This document shows positions 1-9,601 of a stretch of 64,000 nt of DNA, piece after piece. Numbering within the stretch: position 1 is the first letter of the stretch; each line of letters opens with the position of its first letter. Under the pieces are notes generated by a model. It was not told where the DNA came from. It ran no database searches and worked only from the letters and a program-made list of their open reading frames with translations. A program made the position numbers and the translations under genes. This stretch comes from Pseudohongiellaceae bacterium (GTDB lineage: Bacteria; Pseudomonadota; Gammaproteobacteria; Pseudomonadales; Pseudohongiellaceae). The DNA is taken from NCBI GenBank assembly GCA_047617585.1, contig JBLGBD010000001.1, positions 53,454-117,453 on the forward strand, in the 5' to 3' direction.

Positions 1-2
1 CT

Positions 3-104
3 CATAGCGAAATCAATCCATGGAGCATTCGGCTCATGGCCGTCACATCACTACTAATATGGGTTACTGTCGCGGCAACTGGTCGCTGGATCGGCTTTAG
101 CTAA
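3..104 (+). CDS. C-terminal fragment of an integral membrane protein, truncated by the window edge; paralog of the 54890-55896 membrane proteins
   Basis: The frame is open from the window edge to TAA at 102-104. The tail ...AVTSLLIWVTVAATGRWIGFS resembles the C-termini GVSLVSWSLVIVCGRLITYY and AAALALWLITLFAGRFLAY of the two ORFs at 54.9-55.9 kb. Confidence 0.3.
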   Translation, partial: HSEINPWSIRLMAVTSLLIWVTVAATGRWIGFS

Positions 105-846
105 GCGCGGCCATCACGGAGCAAATTGATGTCGAAATTAAAAAATTTAGGTGATAAAGAACTTGCTGCGATTACCGCATCTACAGTGATTTTTTTAGGG
201 GTGGTTAGCCATTGGGTTATCGAAATTGTCTCTACAGTTGAATTGCTGGAATTGGCCTATGGCTCGTTTAATCTATTCAATAATCCTTTGGTATTCTAAA
301 ACAGAGTTAGGCTTCGTCGCTAGATTGGCGAAACTCTAATTTAAACTGCATTGTGGCTTAGTTTTTAGGCCAGCCTTATCGGAAAGCCAATACAGAGTTG
401 GCGCCGCACATACGGCCCGGAAACCTCAACCCTTCCTGCGATACTTGTTAAACTGCAAACTGACCTGTGTAGCCGGCAAAGCCCCTTTGCTGCTGCAACT
501 ATTCTCTAGGGCACTAGGCGTCATTAAGTTCTATTGGATTCCCGGGAAGCAACAATAGTTGACATCATCCCAGTCTTAACTGCTTGAACTGACGTAATAA
601 TTAGCATGAGTTACAGGCAGCGCCAAAGATTCAGTCATGGCGATCGGGCTGACAGCGCTTTGCTGAGCAATTCTAACGTGTGGTATGTCCACTGCAGCAC
701 AGCGTTTGAGTATGGCCAGACCATAAAGCAACGCTAGCGCAGCGAAACTCTCTTAAAAACCAGTTTGACCAATCTGGAATGACTAAAGTACGCTGAGTTT
801 AGCGTCTAATGGCTAGAATTTTCTCCCGTGAATTGATGGAGTTGGA

Positions 847-2226
847 ATGAAAGCAACATTGCTAGTAGCCTTTTTAGGCAGCTCCTTGTTAGCGGCTGCT
901 GGTGCCTGCGCTCAGCCTAATAATGCCAATCCAGAATCTTTAGCGCTAGCCCAGAGTGCCGTGGCAGAATTGCAAAGCCGGGTCTCGGCCTACGACATGA
1001 GTCTAGTTGAGCCACTTAGTGCCTTGGCGGATCAGCAAATGCGGTTTGGTGAATTTCAGCTGGCCTATCGAACACTAGATCGAGCAATGCAAACAGTTCG
1101 CATTAATCAAGGGTTGTTCACCCAAGCGCAACACCCTCTACTCCACAAGAAGATAGATAATCTGGTTGGCCAGGGCAACTGGGAGGACGCTCGAGCTCAG
1201 TTAGCACACCTAGTTTATCTATACTCTAGAGAGCAACAGATTGTTTCTCAAGAGCTCTTGGATGGCATCATGAAGCTGTCTGATGCGCATTTGCGTGGAA
1301 TATCTAAAGACTCCTATGACTACCAAGGCTTTCATTTTTCTAGAGTCTCAGCAAGCAACAGGGTAGCCCTCTCTATTGGTGAAGCACTTTGGGGCGAACA
1401 AGACCCTAGGTTGGTACCGCTGATCTATCGAATACTGAGCCAGTTTAGCTTGGAATATGCAGCGATAAGTTTTAATGGCAGAACGGGGATCGAAATACGC
1501 ACTGTCGTGCCGGGTACCAATTGGATCCGAGAGGTCTCGGAGATGCGGCAATATTATTTGCTGGTAGGCACTGAGCTGATCGCGCGGCTCAGATCTGTTT
1601 ACTCCTCCGAAACAGCCTTTGATGAAGAAGCTGTAGCCATGGCAGATTTATACCTCGCCGACTGGTTGAACTTGTTCAATCAGAATGAGGCGGCTTTAGC
1701 CGCTTACAGGCAGGCATATGAAAATTTGCTGGCTGCAAATGTTGAGACTCGAATAATAGATCAATTCTTCGCTACTCCCAGAATACTGCCCGAGCCCCAA
1801 TTTTTTACTTCTCTAAGTCATGCCATTGAGGGGCAGGCAGCAGCCATTAGCCCCGAGCACAGTAGTGTTGAGCCGGAATCAGGCGCTCACGTTCAACTGT
1901 TTTTTTCAGAATGGTCTGAGGGATTTCCCTATGTTCAGCAACCCGTCAATTTAATTGAGGCAGGGATTAATTCCGCTGAGTTCGCGATATTTACATTCAA
2001 TATTGGCGGCTACCCTGATGTCGAACGCTTGCTGCAAGGGCGTAATCCATTGGGGCTTGGAGTAGTGGAAAATTTAACGGCGTTAACGAAATTGCCGGAC
2101 AGTGGCTACCAGAAACGCAAGCTTCTAGAACGGGTTGGTTCGCTTCGCTTTCGCCCTAAGCTGGTGGGCGGTATCCCTCACGAGACTGATGCAACACTGA
2201 TCTATGCTCTCGCGGCGAGTTACTAG
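847..2226 (+). CDS. Hypothetical secreted protein with a helical, repeat-like sequence
   Basis: 459-aa ORF with an N-terminal signal peptide (MKATLLVAFLGSSLLAAAGACAQ). I recognise no catalytic motif. Confidence 0.5.
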   Translation: MKATLLVAFLGSSLLAAAGACAQPNNANPESLALAQSAVAELQSRVSAYDMSLVEPLSALADQQMRFGEFQLAYRTLDRAMQTVRINQGLFTQAQHPLLHKKIDNLVGQGNWEDARAQLAHLVYLYSREQQIVSQELLDGIMKLSDAHLRGISKDSYDYQGFHFSRVSASNRVALSIGEALWGEQDPRLVPLIYRILSQFSLEYAAISFNGRTGIEIRTVVPGTNWIREVSEMRQYYLLVGTELIARLRSVYSSETAFDEEAVAMADLYLADWLNLFNQNEAALAAYRQAYENLLAANVETRIIDQFFATPRILPEPQFFTSLSHAIEGQAAAISPEHSSVEPESGAHVQLFFSEWSEGFPYVQQPVNLIEAGINSAEFAIFTFNIGGYPDVERLLQGRNPLGLGVVENLTALTKLPDSGYQKRKLLERVGSLRFRPKLVGGIPHETDATLIYALAASY

Positions 2227-2577
2227 GCAAGCTGTTGAGTTTTGGGAACCGGGAATTTGTTAGCTTAAGCGATAGTTGTTTGCAGCCTTTTGCCCCTACT
2301 TGCGACCAGACCATAGCTTGCCATAGCGGCACGTTTGTGGCTGTTAAAATTTCCTATTGAGTGAGGCTTGAGTAGCGCTTCAGGCAAATAATTAGTTTGC
2401 AGGTGGATGCGTTAAAGGTTTGTTGGCTTACTGCCGATTGTCATAGTAAGACTGCTGATATCTTGTTCTAGAGTCAGTGTAAATCCACCACCTAGCAGGA
2501 GGATATTTCAGAGTTACATCATCACTTTTTGGTTCCTACCCCATTGACGCATTGATTTTCAAGAGGTCTCATTGCCC

Positions 2578-4002
2578 ATGAGCGAAGTTAAACTTGTCGA
2601 AACAAATCAGCAGCCAATCGATCAGCACTCTCAAGCAGATCCTATCTTTTATGTCTTGGACACTAACGTCCTCATCCACGACCCAACCTCCATACACAGT
2701 TTCGACGAACATCATGTCGTCATACCGATTACGGTGCTTGAAGAGTTAGACTCGTTAAAGAACGGGAGACAATCGATCGCCGCAGATTGTCGCCAAGCGA
2801 TTCGCGAACTTGATCGCATTTTAGGTCGAGCCAGCCCAACAGAAGTAGAAAATGGCGTAAGAATAGCCGCGATGAATGGTACTGAATCCAGCGGTATAAT
2901 TTCAGTACTAATGACGGAAATCCCTGAGAACTTAATCAAGCTTCCAACCCATCTGAACGACAACAAGATCCTGAATGATGTTGGCTATCTCAAACATCGG
3001 TACCCAAATAGAAAAGTAGTGCTCGTTACTAAGGACATCAATGTCAGGTTAAAAGCTCGAGGCTGTGGTATTGACTCTCAGGACTACCATACCGATCAAC
3101 TGCTTAGCGATATTGAACAGCTGAACACTGGCTACATAAAATTTGAAGGCAGCTTTTGGGATCAAGTCGAGAATGTAAAGACGGAGCAGATCAGTGGTCA
3201 AACCTACCATACTGTCGCCAAGGCGCTGTTTTCACAAGCGGTATACCCGAATCAATTTGTTTATGATGAAGCTGAGTTTTTAGGTCGCATTGTCTCGATC
3301 GACGGTGAGTTTCTTACGCTGCTTCATCTTGATTTGGCAAATTTATTGCAAGCTGAAACTTGGGGCTTAAAACCAAGGGATGTACATCAAGTGATGGCGA
3401 TGAATCTACTTATGGATCCTGATATTCACCTGGTAAATCTAACCGGCGCTGCCGGTTCTGGAAAAACTATATTGGCACTGGCCGCGGCCATTGAGCAGAC
3501 AGTACCTAACAAAATTTACAGGCGCATAATCGTGACCAGAAGCACTCAAGGTTTAGACGAGGATATTGGTTTTCTACCAGGTACTGAAGCGGAAAAAATG
3601 GAACCTTGGCTTGGGGCCATAACAGACAATCTTGAAGCACTGCACTGGGAAGATGACAACTGTAGCAGCAGTGTCGAGTATGTCCTGGATAAAGTGCCGC
3701 TAATGTTTAAGTCGCTCAACTACATTCGCGGGCGTTCATTTCAGAGTAGCTTAATTATAATTGATGAGTCACAGAATCTTACACCCCATCAAATAAAGAC
3801 GATAGTCACAAGAGCCGGAAACGGATCTAAAGTAATTTGCCTCGGTAACCTGGCACAAATTGACACGCCGTATTTAACGCCAATAAGCTCTGGCCTAACT
3901 TACCTTACCGAGCGATTTAAGTCTTTCGAAGGTGGGGGTAACGTGTTGCTGCAGGGAGTTCCTAGATCGGCATTGGCGCGGTTTGCTGAAGAGCACTTGT
4001 AA
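2578..4002 (+). CDS. PhoH2-type protein: N-terminal PIN domain fused to a PhoH-like ATPase
   Basis: PIN-like start (FYVLDTNVLIHDP...VVIPITVLEELD), a Walker A (LTGAAGSGKT) and a Walker B (LIIIDESQN). ATG at 2578 is preferred over the in-frame TTG at 2572. Confidence 0.85.
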   Translation: MSEVKLVETNQQPIDQHSQADPIFYVLDTNVLIHDPTSIHSFDEHHVVIPITVLEELDSLKNGRQSIAADCRQAIRELDRILGRASPTEVENGVRIAAMNGTESSGIISVLMTEIPENLIKLPTHLNDNKILNDVGYLKHRYPNRKVVLVTKDINVRLKARGCGIDSQDYHTDQLLSDIEQLNTGYIKFEGSFWDQVENVKTEQISGQTYHTVAKALFSQAVYPNQFVYDEAEFLGRIVSIDGEFLTLLHLDLANLLQAETWGLKPRDVHQVMAMNLLMDPDIHLVNLTGAAGSGKTILALAAAIEQTVPNKIYRRIIVTRSTQGLDEDIGFLPGTEAEKMEPWLGAITDNLEALHWEDDNCSSSVEYVLDKVPLMFKSLNYIRGRSFQSSLIIIDESQNLTPHQIKTIVTRAGNGSKVICLGNLAQIDTPYLTPISSGLTYLTERFKSFEGGGNVLLQGVPRSALARFAEEHL

Positions 4003-4138
4003 ACACTGAAAAGCCGGCAGTTTTTCATTAGTTGGAAATGCAGAACTGCCAGCTTGAAAGTATCAGACTTCTATAGCGCTACTATTAAAAGCCTCAGTGC
4101 CAATGCTTGCTTGTTGGGTCTGTTGGCACATTTACAAT

Positions 4139-4924
4139 TTAGCTGCCATCGTTGAAAATATTTTGTTCCATAGTAGCCGAAGGGTTCGCGGAACAAGGCT
4201 TGCCAACGACGTGGGCAGGCACCCCGACCACAGTGGTATGGGGAGCCACGTTTTTGAGTACGACGCTGCCAGCGCCAATTTTTGCGCCTACCCCAATTTC
4301 GATATTGCCCAGCACCTTGGCGCCAGTCGAAATAAGAACCCCCGAACGGATTTTAGGGTGTCTATCGCCTTGTTCATTGCCAGTTCCACCAAGTGTCACT
4401 TGCTGCAATATGGACACATTGTCTTCAATTACCGTTGTCTCGCCGATAACGATGCCGGTTGCATGATCAAACATAATGCCGCGGCCCATGACGCAGGCAG
4501 GATGTATGTCAACAGCAAAGACTTCAGAGTTTCGGCTTTGAATAAAAAGCGCTAAATCTATTCGCCCTTTGCGCCACAAGTAGTGAGCTAGGCGATGGAC
4601 TTGAATTGCCTGAAAACCCTTTAAGAAAAGAATAACAGAAAGGTAGGAATTGCACGCAGCATCGCGCTCGAATACGGCCTTAATATCACAACTAGCGTGC
4701 TCAATGATGTCTGGCGAATCACTAAACGCAGCATCAAACAGTTCTCGTACGGTGACTGCGGGCATGACATCGTCGGATAGTTTATTTCCGAGAATGAAGC
4801 TAAGTGAGGAGGCTAAACTTTTGTGATTGAGAACGCAGGCATAAACATAGCTTGCTAAAAGGGGTTCTTCTTGCAAGGTTTTTTGCGCTTCAAATCTTAG
4901 TTGTTGCCAAAGTTCTTCAGACAT
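4139..4924 (-). CDS. cysE: Serine O-acetyltransferase
   Basis: Near full-length resemblance to E. coli CysE, for example LKGFQAIQVHRLAHYLW, DIHPACVMGRGIMFDHATGIVIGETTVIEDNVSILQQVTLGGTG and DRHPKIRSGVLISTGAKVLGNIEIG (hexapeptide repeats). Confidence 0.95.
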   Translation of the reverse strand: MSEELWQQLRFEAQKTLQEEPLLASYVYACVLNHKSLASSLSFILGNKLSDDVMPAVTVRELFDAAFSDSPDIIEHASCDIKAVFERDAACNSYLSVILFLKGFQAIQVHRLAHYLWRKGRIDLALFIQSRNSEVFAVDIHPACVMGRGIMFDHATGIVIGETTVIEDNVSILQQVTLGGTGNEQGDRHPKIRSGVLISTGAKVLGNIEIGVGAKIGAGSVVLKNVAPHTTVVGVPAHVVGKPCSANPSATMEQNIFNDGS

Positions 4925-4998
4925 ACTTTTCCTCGGCGTTGAAAATAGAGCATGGATTATATAGCTTAGAACCAGACTTACAAACTATCTATGGCTGA

Positions 4999-5853
4999 CT
5001 AGAGACCAAACAGTCTTCGCTTTAACGACTTCTCTCTATCTATTGAGTCGGTATCGTCAATCGCTCGGTGTATGTGAGTTTTAGTGATGGTGTAGTCGCC
5101 AAGTCCAAATGCAACTATCATTGCCTTGTGACTTAAAATATTGATCAATCGGGGGACACCTTTACTGGCAACAAAAAGCGCATCGATCGCTGTGTCGGAG
5201 AATAAGCAATTGCCGTTATAACCAGCCTTCGTTAAGCGAAAATCCACATAGGCTTTGGCGCTCGCTCTATCCAGAGGAGGCAAAGTATAGGTAAAGCTGA
5301 CGCTTGCGCTGAGCTGGCGAAGCAGAGGCTGGTTTAGCAACGTGCTTAACTCGGGTTGGCCAAACAAGATAATCTGTAAGCTGGACCCTTTATCGGTCAG
5401 CGTGGTCAGCAGATACAGTGCCGCAAGGGTTTCTTCAGGCATGGCTTGAGCTTCGTCTATGAACAATACCACCTTACGGCTTCTTTCATGTTCATAAACT
5501 AATGCATTGGATATGAGTCTAATCTGCTGTTTGTAGCTCATCGATTCATCGTGCGGCAGTTGCAGCTCTTCGGCAAGCATATGCATGATGCCTTGCTCGC
5601 TATGCACAGGGTGAGGGATGTAGGCTGTAAGATAACGATCTTGGAAAGGGTCCAAAGCAAGAAGTATTTTGCGGCAGAGCAGCGTTTTTCCGGTTCCGAC
5701 TTCGCCGCTGATGATTGCAAATTTCTCTTCACCCTTTAATGCCTGCAAAAGCTGTTCGAACGCCCTTTGGTGCGCTGGCAACTTAAAAAAGTATCGCGTG
5801 TTTGGTGTTAGTGAAAAAGGATGCTGGCTGAGGCCGAAATGGGTTAAATACAT
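4999..5853 (-). CDS. ExeA/MshM-like AAA ATPase, short form without a peptidoglycan-binding domain
   Basis: N-terminus MYLTHFGLSQHPFSLTPNTRYFF is typical of ExeA/MshM. It also has a Walker A (GEVGTGKT) and a Walker B (VLFIDEAQ). Confidence 0.75.
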   Translation of the reverse strand: MYLTHFGLSQHPFSLTPNTRYFFKLPAHQRAFEQLLQALKGEEKFAIISGEVGTGKTLLCRKILLALDPFQDRYLTAYIPHPVHSEQGIMHMLAEELQLPHDESMSYKQQIRLISNALVYEHERSRKVVLFIDEAQAMPEETLAALYLLTTLTDKGSSLQIILFGQPELSTLLNQPLLRQLSASVSFTYTLPPLDRASAKAYVDFRLTKAGYNGNCLFSDTAIDALFVASKGVPRLINILSHKAMIVAFGLGDYTITKTHIHRAIDDTDSIDREKSLKRRLFGL

Positions 5854-5892
5854 TGGTAGCTCGATAGCTTAGTAATCAATAATTAGTGTGGC

Positions 5893-8800
5893 CTAATTAA
5901 TAGCAGCCTTTTTCAAGATCTCTTTTGTCTTTGATAGCTCTGATTCTAGTGAGACGCGAGTTTCCGGTTCAATCGTTGGGTTGGAAAGAACGAAATAGGC
6001 CGTCCTTACTACTTCTCGCCAACGGGGTATTTTTGGTAATTGTTCTAGTCTTAAGTAGCGATCAAAAGTACGAGTACGTAGTCGCCCATCGTCTATGCTA
6101 ACAGCCCAAATATTGCTTTCCTCGGCCAGGTCAATTTTGGATTTCTGAGTGGTAACTTCCCAGGTATGCAGTGCCGAGCGCATCAAGGTCACTAATTGTT
6201 GGCGGTACTCACCCTCATCACTGACGTTTGGCAGTTCGGTATCGATGTACTGAACCAGTTCTTCGATACCGGAAAGTTTGTCGAGCATAGCGGGATGATT
6301 GATAAGCTCGTCCGGGGACATAACACTTAAGCGGGTGCCGATGCGGCGAATGTTTTGCTGAGCCTGTCCAAGCATGCTAACTAGTTCAACAGTATCAATG
6401 ACGGTAGCTGATTTTAGCGCCGCGTCCAACACAGTAGAATCTTCAAGAAATAGTACGCCAACTCCTTCTTCTGCTCCGAACAGCTTTAATTTGCTTGAGA
6501 AAGTGATGCGAGTGCTGCTGGTCTTGCTCGCATTGTTATAGGGATAAACAACTTCGATATCGAATCCTAATGAAACAAGGCCGCTATTGCCTGGATTCGT
6601 TTGCATTGGCTCTTCGCCTAGCTCCCAGTTCATAATCGCATCGCGAATCGCCTCGTTATTGTCGGAATCAGAAAACAAAGAGTTAACACTTTTCTTAAGC
6701 AAAGACTGCTTATCTGTCCCAAGAAGCTCGGCGGCTCTCTGGTTCAGGCTGAATATTTTTCCTGGCAGTTCAAAGGCAATAAAGCCCACTTGGATAGTTT
6801 CTAAAACCTGTTGTAGGCGAAATCGTGATGAGCGCAATTCGCTATCGGCTTCTACATAGTTTTCGATTTGAGAGCGGAGCTTCGCATTGTCTTCACTGAT
6901 GCGGTGAAGCAGCGAGAGCCTGAGTTGGTTCTGCACTCTCGATTTTAGCTCTTCGCTGTGGAAGGGTTTTGCCAAATAGTCGTTGGCGCCAGTTTTAAAT
7001 CCCTGCGTTAAATCTTCGAGGTGATTTTGGGCTGTGACAAGAATTACAGGAAGCTCAATTTGGTTATATTTCTGCCTTATTTTTTGGCACACTTCGTAGC
7101 CGTTTAAACCAGGCATCATTAAGTCAAGCAGCACTAGGTCTGGTTTCGATTCTTCGATCGAGGTGAGGGCGTCTAAGCCGTTGGAACACTTTACGACTGT
7201 GTATTCTTCCAGCTGCTGCCCCATGACTACCCGGTTTATTTCATCATCATCAACCACAAGTATGGTGGTTTCCTGCTCGCTGCGAAGTGTCGGAGTTTCG
7301 TTGGTTTGATTGGCTTTTTGCAGGTAGTCAGCGCGGCGAATCATTTGGCGCTGGATTGTAGTGTTTTTCACCGCCCGAGTCTGGTCGAGGGAAATTCTAA
7401 GATCAAAGCTAAATTCGGATCCGAGATCGAGTTCGCTGCTTAGTCTGAGCTTGCTCTTGTGCATCTCGACCATGCGTTTGGCGAGAGGCAAACCTAGGCC
7501 AATTCCTGATGCGTTCATTTGCTGAGAGGGAAGCTTTTCAAAGGTCTTGAAGACAGTCTCGTGATCAGTTTTATGAATGCCGATGCCTGTATCTCTCACT
7601 GAAACTGTGATGTTGTAATCTGAGCTAGGTTTTGCAGAAATCACAACTTCGCCGGCATAGGTGAACTTGATGGCATTGGAAGTAAGGTTGACTAGAACCT
7701 GCTGCAGCCTATCCTCGTCGCCAGAAACCATAGGCAAGTCCCGGTCGATATCGCTTCGTAGGATGACTTTCTTGTTCCCGAGCAAAGGGTTGCAAACGGC
7801 TATGACTAAGGTAACTAGGCTGTGTAGATCTACCGGTTTAAATTTCACATAAGCCGCAGATTCTTTAGCACTGGAGAAGTCTAGAAGGTCATTGACAAGC
7901 TTGGTAAGTCGGTCGCCGCTGGTTTGGATAAGCTCTAAATTCTGGGTAATTAGCTCAACGTTTTGAGTGTCTTTATCAAACTCAATAAGAGCTGCTTTGG
8001 CGAGGCCATTGATACCGAAAAGAGGTGTTCGTAGTTCATGGGATACGTTAGCTAGCAAATCGTCCTTAATCTTTTCTGAGCGTATGAAATTATTTATTGC
8101 CAGACGTTGAGCGTCTTCTTTTTCTTGTTTGATTTGGTTGTAACGGAACGACAGGCTTAGGGATAAAAGTAGCGCTTGTGCAATGAGACCCAAATTATAG
8201 GCATTGTTGGTGAACTGGTTGTTTGGAAATGCCGGCCACAGCTGCAGTAACATAAGAATAATGACCCCGGCGAAAAAAACGCCGATTGCAGCCATATGCA
8301 CTATCGCTGTTACATTGCCACGACGTATCGCATCGATATTGGTGTAGAAAGCAACGGGTATTGCCGCTATAAGAAGGATAACGAAAAGAAATTGAAATAT
8401 TTTCTCGTTAGGCGCAAAAGTTAAACCGATGACTACTACGAAACCTGCAAGTAATCCCAGCACGAGCTTGTCGATTCTGGGATTGTGCTCCCAAAGACGC
8501 AGCAAGGATCGCTGAAATAACAGCGCTGTAATTACCAATGCCGGGTAGATGTTGCGCTCGGCCATATCAACCAGCCAATAGCTGCTGTTGATCTCCTCGA
8601 GTAAATACCGCAGGTGTTTAGAATCCGAAAATATAAACAGGGCTTGGGCAGAGATTGCTAACACATAGTAGATGTAACTAGACTCGCGTATGGTGACGAA
8701 CAAAAATAAGTTATAGAAAATCATAGCCAGCAAGATGCCGTACTGCAGGCCTAAGAACAGATCGGCGCTGGCGCTCTTAGCGCTGAACTGGTCAGGTTGC

Positions 8801-9372
8801 CAAAGGTTGATTGGCAGCATTAGAGGTCTTGCGCTGGTGACCTGAAGATAAAAGTTATTGCCGAAGCTTTCATCGACGACAAGGGCGAAGCCACGATTCA
8901 GGGTTTTGATTTCGCGGTCGGAGGTCAGTGTTCCAAGGACATAACTTGAAGAGCTTGCATTGGCATCATTAACACTGAAGACTTGGATCCCGCCTCTGAA
9001 AAGTCCAGCGACTAATTTAGGTGGACCAAATTCTAAAACCCTAGTGGCACCTGGCTCTAATTCGCTCCAGTCTAGCTTGAACCGTATCCAGTAAGCTGAA
9101 CTTGTAATGCCAAAGTGAAGAATGTCGCGATTATTGGGAAGAAAGTTGACTGCGAACTGCGAAGCCAAGACATCGTCTAATGTTAGAGATTCCGATTTAT
9201 CTTCATAGTACTCAACCGCGTTGGCAATCGATTGAGGTTCATCAGAATCCAGGACAGTGATAGACTGGCCCGATACTAATGAAGCAGTGGCGAGTAAAAA
9301 CACCGCCAGAATGACTTCAGTGGCAAGTTTGAGGGTCATGGGCAATTTGCTATGGCGTTCTTGCTGAAGCAT
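5893..9372 (-). CDS. Hybrid sensor histidine kinase/response regulator with a 7TMR-DISM sensor module and a long C-terminal extension after the receiver domain
   Basis: Signal or TM segment, a periplasmic DISMED2-like domain (SSAYWIRFKLDW) and about 7 TM helices. H-box is NVSHELRTPL and the HATPase part has DTGIGI and GIGLGLPLAKRMV. The receiver domain has ILVVDDDEINR, DLVLLDLMMPG and AKPF. About 400 further residues include a PAS-like stretch. An alternative start is M12 (9339). Confidence 0.85.
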   Translation of the reverse strand: MLQQERHSKLPMTLKLATEVILAVFLLATASLVSGQSITVLDSDEPQSIANAVEYYEDKSESLTLDDVLASQFAVNFLPNNRDILHFGITSSAYWIRFKLDWSELEPGATRVLEFGPPKLVAGLFRGGIQVFSVNDANASSSSYVLGTLTSDREIKTLNRGFALVVDESFGNNFYLQVTSARPLMLPINLWQPDQFSAKSASADLFLGLQYGILLAMIFYNLFLFVTIRESSYIYYVLAISAQALFIFSDSKHLRYLLEEINSSYWLVDMAERNIYPALVITALLFQRSLLRLWEHNPRIDKLVLGLLAGFVVVIGLTFAPNEKIFQFLFVILLIAAIPVAFYTNIDAIRRGNVTAIVHMAAIGVFFAGVIILMLLQLWPAFPNNQFTNNAYNLGLIAQALLLSLSLSFRYNQIKQEKEDAQRLAINNFIRSEKIKDDLLANVSHELRTPLFGINGLAKAALIEFDKDTQNVELITQNLELIQTSGDRLTKLVNDLLDFSSAKESAAYVKFKPVDLHSLVTLVIAVCNPLLGNKKVILRSDIDRDLPMVSGDEDRLQQVLVNLTSNAIKFTYAGEVVISAKPSSDYNITVSVRDTGIGIHKTDHETVFKTFEKLPSQQMNASGIGLGLPLAKRMVEMHKSKLRLSSELDLGSEFSFDLRISLDQTRAVKNTTIQRQMIRRADYLQKANQTNETPTLRSEQETTILVVDDDEINRVVMGQQLEEYTVVKCSNGLDALTSIEESKPDLVLLDLMMPGLNGYEVCQKIRQKYNQIELPVILVTAQNHLEDLTQGFKTGANDYLAKPFHSEELKSRVQNQLRLSLLHRISEDNAKLRSQIENYVEADSELRSSRFRLQQVLETIQVGFIAFELPGKIFSLNQRAAELLGTDKQSLLKKSVNSLFSDSDNNEAIRDAIMNWELGEEPMQTNPGNSGLVSLGFDIEVVYPYNNASKTSSTRITFSSKLKLFGAEEGVGVLFLEDSTVLDAALKSATVIDTVELVSMLGQAQQNIRRIGTRLSVMSPDELINHPAMLDKLSGIEELVQYIDTELPNVSDEGEYRQQLVTLMRSALHTWEVTTQKSKIDLAEESNIWAVSIDDGRLRTRTFDRYLRLEQLPKIPRWREVVRTAYFVLSNPTIEPETRVSLESELSKTKEILKKAAIN

Positions 9373-9601
9373 TTAGTCAATAGATCTCGATTTCAATGGC
9401 CTTAGTGGGCCCAGAGTAAGGCACTGCAGAACATTCTAGCCTCTGCTTAGCGCCATAACAATTAAAGACTTAGGCAAGTTTTGGGATAAATTGGCTAGTG
9501 TGTCGCAGTCTTATTGCTCCATGCATCAAACCTTGGCATGAGATAAATCTGATTTTTGATTACACTTAAGCTTTCTCTAAGACTGCTGCAGCAGGAAATA
9601 A

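Noticed and set aside
4013-4053. Imperfect hairpin GCCGGCAGTT...AACTGCCAGC between phoH2 and cysE
   Set aside because: It has one mismatch and a 21-nt loop. The only adjacent T-run lies inside the loop, with none downstream, so I did not list it as a terminator.
4097-4555. 152-aa and 104-aa plus-strand ORFs opposite cysE
   Set aside because: They are antisense to a near-textbook CysE sequence and have no motifs or RBS.
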